The notes beneath the pieces were generated by a model. That model ran no database searches. It was not told where the DNA came from and saw only the letters and a list, made by a program, of their open reading frames with translations. Below, one piece after another: positions 11,301 to 22,900 of a stretch of 63,257 nt of DNA. The position numbers and the translations under genes are program-made. The first letter of the stretch is position 1, and every line of letters starts with the position of its first letter. The stretch is from a virus. Taxonomy: Duplodnaviria > Heunggongvirae > Uroviricota > Caudoviricetes. Where the stretch lies: the IMG/VR virus record IMGVR_UViG_3300032167_002310, one strand, 5' to 3'.

Positions 11301-13904
11301 CAAATTGAAGCAGTTTATGATTCTGAACAGAAATTCTTTGTTTTTGGTGTTAAGAAAGAGGGAGACGAATATAATTTCGTTTATACAGACCAAGAGAAAG
11401 TAACTGACCCTGAGTATGCTTGCAAAACTCAGTCTACATTCTATGTTCCTCATAGATATCATTATTTGACTTCTAATGATGGAATGGGAAGTTACTTACT
11501 TGACCATTATGATAAGAAAACTCATAATCCTTACTATGTATTCGTGGATGGACCTACTCCAGTTCCTGATACTGTTAAGTTCTATGAGCCTAATAAATAT
11601 TATTCCAAGAACCCTATCACTGGTGAATATGAAATCGTTCGTGAGCCAGACATGCCAGACACTAATGAGACTCCATTGTATGATAAGAAGACTTATTACG
11701 TTATCGAAGATAAAGCTGGTGTTTATGAAAAGGGCGCTGAATGGAATGTATATGCGGGAGCCATCCCAGCGACCGTAACCTTAGGTACAAGAAAAGAAAC
11801 CTATGACTTAGTTCAGTTGACAGGTTTTGCGAGAAACCTTAACACTATTCATGGTTTGATTTTGAAAATCAATCAACTCTTATTGACTGATGATAAACTT
11901 ACCAGAGATAGAGCAACTGTACAAGGTGCTTTAAATACTTTGAATGACATTATCAATCGTTTTGATAAGATGATTCCTCATCGCTTAATGATTGTTGATG
12001 AGTATGGCAGAGTACAAAGCACTGATTGGAATACACAACAGCTTACTTCAAGTAATGTTGAAAAAACATCTGAAGCTACTTACCGTAAGGGTATTGGCGC
12101 AGATATCTATCCAAAAGCAGCAAATGTTGATGCAATGCAAGACCAGTGGATTACAATGCATGTTAGCGGAGAAATTGTTAACTCCAAAGGCAAGGCAGTA
12201 AATCCTTTGATTACTATTCATCACAACTTCCAGGCCGTTCAAGACCAGACTAAGTCTCTCTTAGACTTGAACAATCCTGCGGTTGACCAGTTTAATATTT
12301 TCACTCCAATCGTGGATAAGATGGGTCATGTTGTTGGTACTAACACACATCCAATTAGATTGCCATATGGATTTAAATATTTCAAGACTAATGGTGAAAG
12401 TACTTCAGTAGCACAATTGAGTGTAACTGAAGATTCAGTTATTGCAGCAGCAGATAATACACAAGATACATTTGGTATTTATACTGGCAATAAGTGGATT
12501 AGAATGGCAACCGATGCGGCTAATGACCGTATTACTATTGCGCATGAAATTCACACTCCAACTACAACTGCTATTGCAGAAGTAACTGATTTAGATAATA
12601 GTCAGACCTTCACAATGCAGGATATGCAGTTTGATGCAGCTGGTCATATTACTCATAATCAGACACATACTTATAGATTGCCAGATGGATTTAAGTTCTT
12701 AACAATTGGAAATGCCAGCTCTGTAGTAACCGATGGAATATCTGCCGCAGGTACGATTGAAGCAAATAATCATGTTGCAACATTTACTATTATCCCTGGT
12801 AATAGATGGATTACAATGAAAGCTGATGCTGAAAGTGATACTCTCACTATTGGTCATGCATTTGCGGGTACAACTTCTCAACATGATAATCAAGCTGACA
12901 ATCAAACTCCAGATTTTGGAGCGACATTTAATATTCCTTATAATGGATATGACCAGGCAGGACATTTAAGTTCCTTTGGAACTAAGACAGTGAAGATTCC
13001 TTTGCCTTCTTTGAATACCGCTACTGGAGATGTTGTAACTGGTTTGGTACTTGAAGATGCAGCTAAAGGCAAGTTCACAATGACCAAAGCCAATGTTGGA
13101 ACTTTAACAATTTCTGACTTTACTCTTGGTAGTGACAGTGCAGTAATTGGTGCCAATGATACAATTAATCAGGCCTTTGCAAAACTTCAAGTTCAGATGA
13201 ATAAAGAAGTTAAAGCTCGTGAAGATGCTATTACTAAAGAAGTTGAAGATAGAAATACTGCTATCACAAACGCAGTAAATGCACTTGATGTAGATGATAC
13301 TCCTGATGATAGTAAATATGTATCTGGTGTAAAAGAAGTTGATGGTAAAATTGAAGTTACAAGAGCAGACTTACCAACTAATGAAGCTGCTTCAGCAGAA
13401 ACTAAGGAAGGTAAGTATGTATCAGATGTAACTCAAGACAAGGGTAAAATTACAGTTCATAGAGAAGCTCTTCCAAGCTATTCTGATGATACTGTTACTG
13501 ATGATGATGGCAAATATGTTCATTCCGTAAAGCAAACCAATGGTAAGATTGAAGTTGAACGCAAAGAGCTTCCTACTTATACTCTTACTCCTGGTGAAGA
13601 AAACGGTACTGTTAAGTTGAATGAAGAAGAGGTTAAGGTAACTGGCCTTGGAACTGCAGCTTATAAGAATGAAGAAGATTTTGCGGCATCTGATATTATG
13701 GAAACCAGCACTTTTGAGTATGCAATTCCTGAAACCACTGAAGAAGAAACTCCAGAGGGTGAAGATGCAACTATGAAGACAATCGAATGGTTGTTTAAGA
13801 AAGTGGCTGAGTTAGAAGCTAAAATTGTTGAATTGGAAGCTTTCCACACTGAAGTACCAGAAGACAATACCAATGGAGAAAGCGGCGAGAATCCTCCAGC
13901 ATAA
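8355..13904 (+). CDS. Giant tail fiber-like protein (1849 aa) with internal repeats and C-terminal coiled coil
   Basis: Two ~75-aa repeats (HPIRLPYGFKYFKTNGES...NKWIRMATDA / HTYRLPDGFKFLTIGNAS...NRWITMKADA), three 25-27-aa repeats (KYVSGVKEVDGKIEVTRADLPT / KYVSDVTQDKGKITVHREALPSY / KYVHSVKQTNGKIEVERKELPTY), C-terminal heptad coiled coil (WLFKKVAELEAKIVELEAF); followed by a hairpin terminator. Confidence 0.55.
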   Translation: MGFYGNITNTSKTTFQFDKTYANRNQMQMNAGNDGVYPGRFVLVDYDTTINNDYFYKPDPTDPTSQCWMYDGQVYTGAPKSMDINGTVVYTAAPEAPTKITASAGFSKGRCVAVPVGQRISNISQNSIYYRITGKTETGYQAMKVTQTEYEAFMKRYEEDNEDAVTYYPVTLFDFEYEPNVYYTTADGVVFEKATGQWVETQTYYERVISQDLFIYIIGNSASDAVLNSTWVTSEELEVNNIYHVKKGHSYNINSKYVEYWVLTKETDELAWSAAADDASTYTLNASIDRLVYGSGRGYDSTVWQKVIRNGRDTYVMIAELNSVVPTFDIAADAPTTVPLVPHFDKDSTNVYYKLHVQPGWAIRTKAQRNDLQGPAIDRTGAMGGQHSLTIDEIYYPSDQLTSWNSKLYNSANGTEKTVYYNPNTGTWDATESPEDQTFGAAIYYNKAGFNPSLISKSADLIAEGKPSFNEIVAKSGWTPEDRIELKPTGLSGKRYDTHNASVDDQMQVDTQEFSIMLPSLGDAVSRMWDMVFGGRETNDIIRQTSVRNEDIKWENARGGLNRNGLRMVSTQDGNAYNTAEAETLAGCINSVHDLMGMIITPESCITLGDNIDLLNMDRIYFVTPDPTLEIDPEDPWISDMVKKVAKYQNSYVRKYLTYEYTPVTDEIFDFKPTQPESEDFDISDYYVLENGVYRQATEADRGKTLYKKVIAETATFDPAGLTPFDGSKYFYQDFTSSGNMTDINSDIPEIWLKDYVRDEVYHPGHKYFTIDEENDLEERPLSGAYVQNTYYYKQNGSYLLDSALAPTLNRTYYKIDNNRVFDISNDKAGGYDGLYVPGKYYYLDPDTGEYRIDNEPEGKYFGNQKAGHFAIKQDSQESDKPLYIQETHYPPISYEEILEDGFDYDLYIYDDGEGVYKLYTEEIINPDLDYFLREIRLVPTTGHLVIEPTPLRLALYQEDTFYFKEYNDDGEFIGYSLVTPDQIEAVYDSEQKFFVFGVKKEGDEYNFVYTDQEKVTDPEYACKTQSTFYVPHRYHYLTSNDGMGSYLLDHYDKKTHNPYYVFVDGPTPVPDTVKFYEPNKYYSKNPITGEYEIVREPDMPDTNETPLYDKKTYYVIEDKAGVYEKGAEWNVYAGAIPATVTLGTRKETYDLVQLTGFARNLNTIHGLILKINQLLLTDDKLTRDRATVQGALNTLNDIINRFDKMIPHRLMIVDEYGRVQSTDWNTQQLTSSNVEKTSEATYRKGIGADIYPKAANVDAMQDQWITMHVSGEIVNSKGKAVNPLITIHHNFQAVQDQTKSLLDLNNPAVDQFNIFTPIVDKMGHVVGTNTHPIRLPYGFKYFKTNGESTSVAQLSVTEDSVIAAADNTQDTFGIYTGNKWIRMATDAANDRITIAHEIHTPTTTAIAEVTDLDNSQTFTMQDMQFDAAGHITHNQTHTYRLPDGFKFLTIGNASSVVTDGISAAGTIEANNHVATFTIIPGNRWITMKADAESDTLTIGHAFAGTTSQHDNQADNQTPDFGATFNIPYNGYDQAGHLSSFGTKTVKIPLPSLNTATGDVVTGLVLEDAAKGKFTMTKANVGTLTISDFTLGSDSAVIGANDTINQAFAKLQVQMNKEVKAREDAITKEVEDRNTAITNAVNALDVDDTPDDSKYVSGVKEVDGKIEVTRADLPTNEAASAETKEGKYVSDVTQDKGKITVHREALPSYSDDTVTDDDGKYVHSVKQTNGKIEVERKELPTYTLTPGEENGTVKLNEEEVKVTGLGTAAYKNEEDFAASDIMETSTFEYAIPETTEEETPEGEDATMKTIEWLFKKVAELEAKIVELEAFHTEVPEDNTNGESGENPPA

Positions 13905-13914
13905 TATATAAAAA

Positions 13915-13950
13915 GTTAGCCTGGCCTTAATAGGCCAGGTTAATTTAATT
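13915..13950 (+). terminator. Rho-independent terminator after the 1849-aa gene
   Basis: Inverted repeat cctggcc / ggccagg (13920-13926 / 13933-13939) with 6-nt loop, followed by a T-rich run ttaatttaattt. Confidence 0.55.
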
Positions 13951-14010
13951 TACTATCCTCAATTCTGAAATATTGATAGGAGGATACATAAGGTAAAGGA
14001 GGTAAATGTT

Positions 14011-14970
14011 TTGGCTTACGTACAGCAATTAGGTAATTACGTAAAGTTTTTAAGAGGTACTCCTACCGCATGGGAAAGACTTGGCGCAAAAGATGCCGAT
14101 ACCTTGTATTTTATTTCTAAAGATGGAGAAGATAAAGGTAAATTATACCTTGGAGATAAGTTAATTGCAGATGGTGAAAATATTACTAAAATTGAAGATT
14201 TAGAAAATGTTTTCATTGAGTCTGGATTGCCTTCTAACTCTATCTTGGTTTATGACATAAATACTGAGGGATGGGTTCCTAAGACCCTTCAAGAGATTTT
14301 TGCTCTTGTTGTCAGCGTAATGACAGGTGCGACAGCAGAAGAGAATGGTACTTCTGGTCTTGTACCTAAACCTGAAAAAGGTCAGCAGAATCTCTACTTG
14401 CGCGGTGATGCTACATGGGCTAACCCAACCGCGGCAGTCGAGTTAGACATTCAAAAACTTAACACGGATTTAACAAATGCAACAGAGCAATTTGTTCAAG
14501 AGATTAAGACCTTAAGAGGTGGCTATCCTGACACTTCTACAATCCCTCAAATTGCGCAGTCCATTGTTAGTATTGAAGTTGCAAAGCTGGTAGCAAATGC
14601 TCCAGAGCAATTTGATACTTTCAAAGAAATTGCAGATTGGTTGCAAAAACACGATAATGTTGCAACTGTAACTCAGTTAAACGATCGTGTTGAAAGAGTT
14701 GAATTAGCAGTTTTTGGTCCTACTGATGGCAGCGTGAATGGCCTCGTACAGGACATGTCTAATGTTAAAATCGCTTTGTATGGCGACAGTGAGAACGTTG
14801 GTATTATTGCCGATGTTACATCACTTATGTCTCGAGTTCCTTCAATGGAAGGCAAGATTGTAACATTAGAAACAAAATACAACACAGTTTCTACCGAAAT
14901 CGAAAACATTAAGGATATCCTCAAGTGGCGCGATTTGGTATGGAAAGATGATGAAAATATCACAGCTTAA
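14011..14970 (+). CDS. Tail fiber/adaptor protein (319 aa) with the shared N-terminal anchor motif and a central coiled coil; TTG start
   Basis: TTG start 8 nt after aggagg; N-terminal motif TLYFISKDGEDKGKLYLGDKLIADG shared with three other tail genes; coiled coil mid-protein. Confidence 0.5.
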   Translation: MAYVQQLGNYVKFLRGTPTAWERLGAKDADTLYFISKDGEDKGKLYLGDKLIADGENITKIEDLENVFIESGLPSNSILVYDINTEGWVPKTLQEIFALVVSVMTGATAEENGTSGLVPKPEKGQQNLYLRGDATWANPTAAVELDIQKLNTDLTNATEQFVQEIKTLRGGYPDTSTIPQIAQSIVSIEVAKLVANAPEQFDTFKEIADWLQKHDNVATVTQLNDRVERVELAVFGPTDGSVNGLVQDMSNVKIALYGDSENVGIIADVTSLMSRVPSMEGKIVTLETKYNTVSTEIENIKDILKWRDLVWKDDENITA

Positions 14971-14995
14971 TAAAGATGGAAAGGAGTAAATAGCT

Positions 14996-16855
14996 ATGGC
15001 AGTTAATTCCAATGTTGGTTTTAAACTGGGTACCCAAGCCGCAGTTGACAACATTATTAAGAATAATACCGCTGTGTCAATTGGTAGCTTTTACTTAACA
15101 AGTGACACACACCGCTTATACATTGGTGAATCTGACGGTCTCCATCCAGTTAATGAGGGTGTTATTACTGTTGATACTATTAATGGTTTGCCTGATGTTT
15201 CAAGCAATCCTGGAGCCTATGCAGGTCGTTTTTACTACATCAAGAATGACAACATTCTTTGTGTATTCAACGGTTCCATCTGGGCGCAAATTAACAGTGA
15301 TACATATGTAAAGAAACATGAGTTTGTAGCAGTTAAGGTTGATGGTGAGGAAAATGTAATTGAGATTGATGGAAAAATCTACAATTACACTGCTGGAAAC
15401 GTCTCTCATACTTCTAATGCACCATTCCAAATTGAAGGTGCAAACGGAATTGTTGCAACTGTTTCTAAGTCTCAAAGAACTATTGGTCAAGAGACTATTG
15501 ATGTTTATAAAATCACTTTAACTGGTGATACTTATACTATTGGTACTAAAGCTAATGGTAGCAATGCACAAATTAAATTAGATTCTACGAATGCAAAGAA
15601 TAATTCTCTTGTAGAAATTGTTCCAGACATTCATGAAACTGAAGAAGAAACCAACGTAGTTCTTACTGTTGATGAAGCTAATAAAAAGATTAAATTAGCA
15701 GTTAAGGATACTAAGAATAAGACTCTTGCAATTACTGATGAAGCTGAAGGCTTTAAAGTATCTTTAACAGATACTTACAATAAGGTTTTATCTGCGGTTC
15801 TTAATCCTACCGTTGAATATGGTGTTGATGATAAAGACACTGCAACCTTTAAGAATGGTAAAGTTTCATTAGACGTATATTCCAAGTCTGAAATTCAGGA
15901 TAAGTTAAGAGCTCTTAACGCAATGACTTATAGAGGTACTATTGGTAACGGTGGTAGCGCAGCTACTCATATCGTAACAAGCGGCACCGCACCTAACTAC
16001 ACCTATAAGATTATGAATGGTACCACTGAAATTAAAGTATCTCTCGGTGATACCTTCATGGTTGTTGGTTCTGACTCTGTTTCCTTGAATAACAATGCTT
16101 CTTACTTATCTTCTGGTTCTCTCTTAATTGTTAGAGGTAATGCAGAAGGCACTGATGGTTATGTAACAAGTCCTCAGTTTGACGTAGTTGAATCTACTGT
16201 TGACTGGGATACTACTTATCACTTTGAAGGTGTTCCTGCAAGTGATGTTACTAATGGTGGTGGCATTCTTTTAAGAGATGACACCGCAAGTAAAACTATT
16301 CAAGGTAAGTTCATTGTAGAAGGCGGCACTCAGAGCGGCGGCGCAAAGATTGAAATTTCTCGTCAAACTGATAAGCTTGCAACAAACGGCTACCAAGAGA
16401 AATTGACAGTAAAGCATGGTACAGTAGCAAGAACTAATACCAAGAATGTAGATGATAGTGGAGTTGCTCGTGGCGCAATCGAAATGACTCCTCAAGAAGG
16501 CAACTTCGGACAAGAGGTAACCATTCCTGTTGTTATTGGAGTTACTACTGACTCTACTGGTCACGTAACTGGTGTTAGAACTCAGGACTATACTATTGAA
16601 GATACAAACGCTAAAATGGGCAAGAACCAATATGATACCAGCATTTATACAAAGGCTGATGGTACTCACGTTGGTGTTATTAAATCTACCGTAGGTGTTA
16701 AGTCTCATTTGAATGCAACTAATGAACTGGCTGGTTCAATGACCCTTAACAGCCAATCCCTTGTAATCTCTAACCAGGATGGCAATGGCGCCACTAATGG
16801 TGGTACAGCTGTTGCAGGACTCCAAATTGAGATGGTGTGGGGCGAATTTAAATAA
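14996..16855 (+). CDS. Abundant structural/tail protein (619 aa) carrying the shared N-terminal motif
   Basis: RBS aaaggagtaaatagctATG; N-terminal SFYLTSDTHRLYIGESDGL motif; followed by a strong terminator. Confidence 0.5.
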   Translation: MAVNSNVGFKLGTQAAVDNIIKNNTAVSIGSFYLTSDTHRLYIGESDGLHPVNEGVITVDTINGLPDVSSNPGAYAGRFYYIKNDNILCVFNGSIWAQINSDTYVKKHEFVAVKVDGEENVIEIDGKIYNYTAGNVSHTSNAPFQIEGANGIVATVSKSQRTIGQETIDVYKITLTGDTYTIGTKANGSNAQIKLDSTNAKNNSLVEIVPDIHETEEETNVVLTVDEANKKIKLAVKDTKNKTLAITDEAEGFKVSLTDTYNKVLSAVLNPTVEYGVDDKDTATFKNGKVSLDVYSKSEIQDKLRALNAMTYRGTIGNGGSAATHIVTSGTAPNYTYKIMNGTTEIKVSLGDTFMVVGSDSVSLNNNASYLSSGSLLIVRGNAEGTDGYVTSPQFDVVESTVDWDTTYHFEGVPASDVTNGGGILLRDDTASKTIQGKFIVEGGTQSGGAKIEISRQTDKLATNGYQEKLTVKHGTVARTNTKNVDDSGVARGAIEMTPQEGNFGQEVTIPVVIGVTTDSTGHVTGVRTQDYTIEDTNAKMGKNQYDTSIYTKADGTHVGVIKSTVGVKSHLNATNELAGSMTLNSQSLVISNQDGNGATNGGTAVAGLQIEMVWGEFK

Positions 16856-16895
16856 TTATTAAGTCTTAATTTTTATTTATTTTAGAGAGTTATGG

Positions 16896-16935
16896 AGCGG
16901 GAGAGAAGTTTTCTGCTTCTCTCCCGCTTTTCTTA
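16896..16935 (+). terminator. Rho-independent terminator
   Basis: Perfect 13-bp stem agcgggagagaag / cttctctcccgct with 7-nt loop, followed by tttcttatttt. Confidence 0.8.
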
Positions 16936-16972
16936 TTTTAGTATATAAAGATAGAAAGGAGATAAAACCGTA

Positions 16973-19900
16973 ATGACAGATAAGACAAAGTTTAGACCGG
17001 TCACCGGTCTTGATGAGTCCATCCAGAATGCGCCTAAAAATCCTGGTTGGGTATACTTCGCATCTGATACGGGGAAAATTTACTTCGATCTTGACGTAGA
17101 TACAAGAGTAGCCATGGGCGGAAGTGGTGTTTCATTACTTTATGGTGAAGCTGGTACCATTGACCCTGATGAATACTCCCTCTATCATTTAAGTTTTGAT
17201 GACCTTGAGGAAGAAGTAGTTCCAAAAGAAGGAGATTTAATTCTTAATCAAGATGGAATTTTTTACCGCGTACAAGAGGTTAATTCTGTAGAAAAGACAA
17301 TCGCTTGTACTATTATGTCTGTTAGTGGCGGCGGTGGTGGAGGCGGCGGCTCTAATTTTGCCAAGAAGATTGGTATTACAATGAAGAGCTTAGCAACTTC
17401 TAACTTACTGAATGGCCAGACTTGTGAGATTTTCTTCACAGCAAACTCTGGTATTGACGTTGATGGTTCTATTATGGATGATAGACTTACTGTTAGCTGG
17501 ACTTTGGCAGAAAGAATTGGTTCTGCGACTTCCGAGTATGCTAATGGTATTATCGACGTAGCAACTGGCGTAGAAGCTTCCTTCGAATTTGGTACTCGTT
17601 TACGTCAGAATGCGACATCTATTTTGACAATGTGGACACAGGGTACTAACTCTGGTGAGTCTACTAAGAAATCTGTAACTGTTCAGACTTCTGAATTGAC
17701 TTTGTCCCCAAGCGCAAACTTCTCAGCTTTAACACGTTACACTCCAGACAAGGTTCTTTTACAATGTAATGCTGTTGGTTCAATGGATAAGGTGCTTGAT
17801 TTCTATTTTGATGGAAATCTTATTCAGAGTAGAGTATTAACCGCTCAATCTGAAAACTTCCAAAGCTATCAGGTAGATAAAGAGATTGCTACTCATGGTA
17901 ATCATACTTGTCGTATTGAGTTATATCAAGGTATTAGAACCGGTAATGTGGTAGATAGAGGCTTGGCAGTTCCTGCTCTTGAATTCGAAATTGGTGTATT
18001 CGAAGTTGGAAATACAACCCCTGTTATTTGGTTAGGCGACTACCAAGAGACATATTATAACTATGACAATATTCAGATTCCTTTCTTAGCTTATGACCCA
18101 TCAAATTCTAATCAGATTACTGTAAACTTGAAAAAGAATGGTATTGAATTACCTGGTTCTCCTCGTACAATTGATACCACAAAGATGGATAAATGGAACT
18201 TGTTTGAAATCACTGATGCAGAGATGGAAAAACAGAACAGATATTCTATTAGTTGCGGTGATGTTGAAAGAACTATTGTTTTTGAGGTTATTCAAGACCC
18301 AACAAGAACAATGGAATATGTAAAACAAGAATCTTTATTCTTGAAGTTCGACGCTAAGGGACGTTCCAATAGTGAATCTGTTGTAAATAGACAGAATTGG
18401 GAAACCGAGGATGGCGCAATTAAGGCTGAATTCAAAGACTTTAACTGGTATAATAACGGTTGGGTTCTTGACGAAGATAATCAGACCTGTTTAAGAATTT
18501 CAAATGGCGCTGAGTTCTCATTGCCTATTGGTCAGATGACTTTTAACGATTCTACCATTGGTAGAGATTCTAACTCTATTGAAATTCAATTTAAAGTTAG
18601 AAATGTCCAAGACTACTCTAACTTGATTAAAAACGTTACTCGTTATAGCGGTGACGAAAACTTCTATAATGCGTTTATGGCACAGGATACATATGATAAC
18701 TACGATGCATTCTTGCAGTACTGGTTGCCAATTTATCCAATCGAGAAAGAAGAAGACCGTGTAAAATACGATGATTTGGAATTCTCTCGTGTTCAGAAGA
18801 ACATTACTCTTGAAAAAGCTGTATGTAAGTATTACTCTGGCGATAATGCTGGTGCTACTGGTTTGTGTTTAGGCCCTCAGGACGCTTTCTTCTCCAATGG
18901 TACTGATACAGTTTCTGTAGACTACGTTGAAGGTAAAATGGTTTACTTAACAATGGTATTCTCCAAGAGCTCTCAGTTAATGTATATCTACATTAATGGT
19001 GTTATTACTGGTGTTATTAAAGCATCTTCTGCAGACGCGTTTACCATTGAGAGTGACAAGTTAATCTTCAACTCTAACTATTGCGACATTGACCTTTACA
19101 AGATTCGTATTTATAATACTGACTTGAATGTTAATGACGTTGTAACTAACCACTCTGTAGATAAAAAAGATGTTCTTATTTATGACCAGAACAAACTTGC
19201 AGTTGAAAATGAGTCTATCAATGAGTTCCAGTTTAAGTTTGAAGAAATGATTAAGTATAATGAAGCCCATCCTGATGCTCCATTGATGCCATATATTGTT
19301 TACTCTACTGAGTTAACTGGTGACGACAGACTTCCTTGGTCTAAGAAGACTGAAATCGCTGCAAAAATTGAGTTCGTTAATACTGGTTTGGACGCAGCTT
19401 TTGCATCCGGCGAACTTTTAGATTTGGCTATTAAAGATGGCCTCTGCGCAGCTACTTCTGATGCAGCAACAAAAGAAGCTGCTGTTAAGACTTATTATAA
19501 ACACCACTGCCCATCTTGGACTGGTGATTATTGCGAATTGGTAGTTCAGGGTACTTCTTCTGAGTTCTATCCAAGACGTAATTATAAGATTAAATTAAAA
19601 ACCGATTATCATCCAAACGCAAACGAAAAGAAACTTTATCATATCTTACTGAATAAAGGACCTTTCGCTCAAGATTATCTTGACGACCAGGCTAAGCTTG
19701 CCGCAGGCGAGATTCAATATGGTAAAGAAAGTACTCGTCAAAAAGGATGGTACATGGATAACTATACAAACGCAACTGACAGATGGACCATGAAAGTTGA
19801 CTACATGGAGTCTTCTGGTTCTTACAATGCAGGTTTTGCTTCTCTCGTAGGTACTGCATATAGTAAGCATCCTCTCCAAGACTACATTAAAGCGGGCGCT

Positions 19901-22900
19901 TTCGCAGGTACAGATTCTATGATTACTGACGTAATTCCAGGTAATTCTGATATTCGTTGGGATGATTATAGAACATCTTTGAAGGGCTTCCCTGTTCTTG
20001 CTTTCCACAAGAAATCTGATGGTTCTTACCTCTATGTAGGTATGTATCGTATGCTCTTGGATAAGGGCTCTGATGATGTTCTTGGTTTCAATCTTCCTGA
20101 GGAAGTTACTGGTAACTTCTTAGGCGGAGAAGAAATGAGCAAGATGGCTGAATGTTGGGAATTCTGTAACAACGCACGTGGATTCTGTTCTTACAGAGAC
20201 CCATGGAATCGTGTTGAGTTGAGTTTTAGAGCTCCTAAGGGAGAATCCAACGAATTCACTTCTGCTGGTGCTCCTATCATTACAGATAACATTGAGTATC
20301 GTTATAATACTAATGAGGATTACATCGACATTCTTTTGAACTTGATTGATAAAGATGGTAAAGTTGCAGTAACTCCTGAGAACAACGCAAAGATTAAAGC
20401 TGAATTCGGTGATGAATACGACGTTATTGCTGACCCAGATAAGGGTCGTGAATTGATTTATAAGTTCTATAAGAACTGGGAAGACGTAAATAAGTGGGTA
20501 TGGTCTACTAATACAGAAAACGTAGTAGCAGAAGGTTCTTACCAAATTGCTCCTGTCGGTGATGTTCAGTATGCCCCAGGTACTTACTATGTTTATGATG
20601 AAGAGCAGAATGCTTACGTTAAAGAAGCAGATGATTCCGTATGGGATAGAAATACTGACTACTTTGAACAGCATGAAGATGAAAACGACGAGGGCGAAAC
20701 TGTAATTTCTTACGCAAAAGTTTTCGCAACAACTGGTATTTATCTCTGGTCTGAAACTACTTCCCCTGGTATGTTCTATTCTGAAAATGATGGAGCTTAT
20801 ACCACAATCAATAGCAAGACTTTCGATTCTGAGATTGATTACTATGAACTCGTTATTGACGAGTCATATAAAGATAACGCAGACAGACTCGTAGAAATCT
20901 GCAATGATGAAGCATATGATGCTTCTAAAGAATACTATACTTACGATGGTAGCGTTAAGGTAGGTACTCGCGCGACAGTTAAAGTAGATGCGGCAACCGC
21001 TGAAGCGAACTATGCGCCTGGTAAATACTACGTTCCTAAGAAAGTAAAATATGGTATTCGTGAGTACGAGTATGATACTCAGGAATATCGTGCAGCTAAA
21101 TTCGTTAATGAATTAACTGACCACTTTGACCCTGAATATCTTGCAACTTACTTCATTATGACTGAAGTTTTTGAGTGTTACGACTCTCGTGGTAAGAACT
21201 GTATGATGGCTTCTTGGGGTCCTCTCAAAGAAGGTGGAAATTACATTTGGTATCCTATCTTCTACGATATTGATACTCAGTTAGGTATTAACAATACTGG
21301 TATTCCTTCTTTCGAATACAATGTTGACGCTACTGAAGCTGGTAACTACTCTACATCAGACAGCTTACTTTGGAATAACTTCTATAAGTATTTCAAGAAC
21401 TCTTACATTTTGATGAAGTATAAGCATTTGAGAGGTACAACAGTAGGTGTTGACTGGACCAAGTTAAAGCAACCTACTTTGGAAAAGATTGAGAATATCG
21501 AATCTTGGTACAAGTTCGAAGAGTCTGCAACAGGTTCTTTAATGGCTCGTGGCGTAAGACCTCTTATCGCAACTAACCTTGATATGTGGTGGAAGTATAT
21601 TACTATTACCAATAACAAGGGTACTAAGGATGGTTTAACTGGATGGCTGAACAGAGATGGTCAGTACATTACAGACACCAACGGAACTTACTTCTACGCT
21701 TTGCAGGGTGACCGCTCACTCTCAAGACAGCAGTTCTTAACAAACCGTATCGAGTATATTGACTCTTGGTTGAACCAAGGTAACTACCAACGTGGTGGTT
21801 CAAATAATATTCGTGGTCGTGTGGCTGCTAATAACCCTACAAAGACTTCTGACGTATGGGTAAATAGTGTAGATACTCCTTACTACAATGAAAATGGTAG
21901 CAAGAGATATCCATTCGATGCTCAATATTGGATTGACTTAAAACCAATCCGAAGTTCTTATGTAACAGTATCTGACGATGCTGAAGCATATCCATCACAG
22001 AAATATGATGGTATTAACCCTGTTAAGTTTGAAATTACTGCTATCCAAAACGGTGTTATGAACAGTGCTAACTACCCTGAGCAGTTGCTCTATGTTTATG
22101 GTATGAATAAGATGGCAGACCTCGGTGAAATGCATAATCTCTACTGGCAGGAGTTCGACTTAACCGGTGACGCAACTCACTTGACAACCTTAAAGCTTGG
22201 TTATGACGGCGTTGAAATTGACCCAGATACTGGCGAAGAAATCACCTGGAGAAATGATAAGATTAACCAGCCTTCTATCCCTGGTAGTAAGGAAGATACT
22301 TTCGGTGGTATGCCACTCTTGAAAGAGGTTAACTTGTGTAATTTACAGGTTTCTACTGGTTCTCCTACACTTGACTTTAGTTCTTGTGAAAAGCTCCAGA
22401 ACTTCCGTGCAACTGGTTCTAACTTCGTAGCATTTAACTTCGCTGAAGGTGTTGCTCTTCATACTTTATACTTGCCTTCTTCTCTCACTCGTCTTGAGTT
22501 GACTGAAGCTAACTTGCTTACTAACTTAATTACTGAATACGAGGCTCCTAAGAGAGATACTCTTGGTAACTTAGTAGCAAAGAGAGGCCTTTACCTCGAA
22601 GGTATGTTTGAAGAGAATGCAACTGTAATCAATACTTTGAATTTCCGTGGCGGTAGCTTAGGCTACGACGGATATAAGTTGTTGAATAAATATTTTGAAA
22701 TTAGAAATGCTCAAAGCACAACTTCTAAGATTCAAATGACTAATGTAAACTGGTGTCCATATGTACAATTAGTTGAAGGTGATGAATACGACCCAACAGC
22801 TAAGTACTATAAAGATGATGGTCACTATGGTTTTGTCGAGTACGAATATGATGAGCATAAGTTTGAGACTGACATCTTGAATGGCGAACTCTATAGAAAA

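Noticed and set aside
17326-17352. ggcggcggtggtggaggcggcggc tract, considered as a slippery or phase-variable repeat
   Set aside because: It is a mixed GGC/GGT/GGA codon run encoding an 8-Gly linker, not a homopolymer or perfect SSR. Slippage is unlikely.
20120-20674. 184-aa - strand ORF within the 2487-aa tail gene. Other short antisense ORFs in the structural block were treated the same way: 31-327, 1098-1382, 6472-6702, 16271-16708, 30409-30753.
   Set aside because: Embedded in long, clearly coding + strand genes. Translations are low-complexity.
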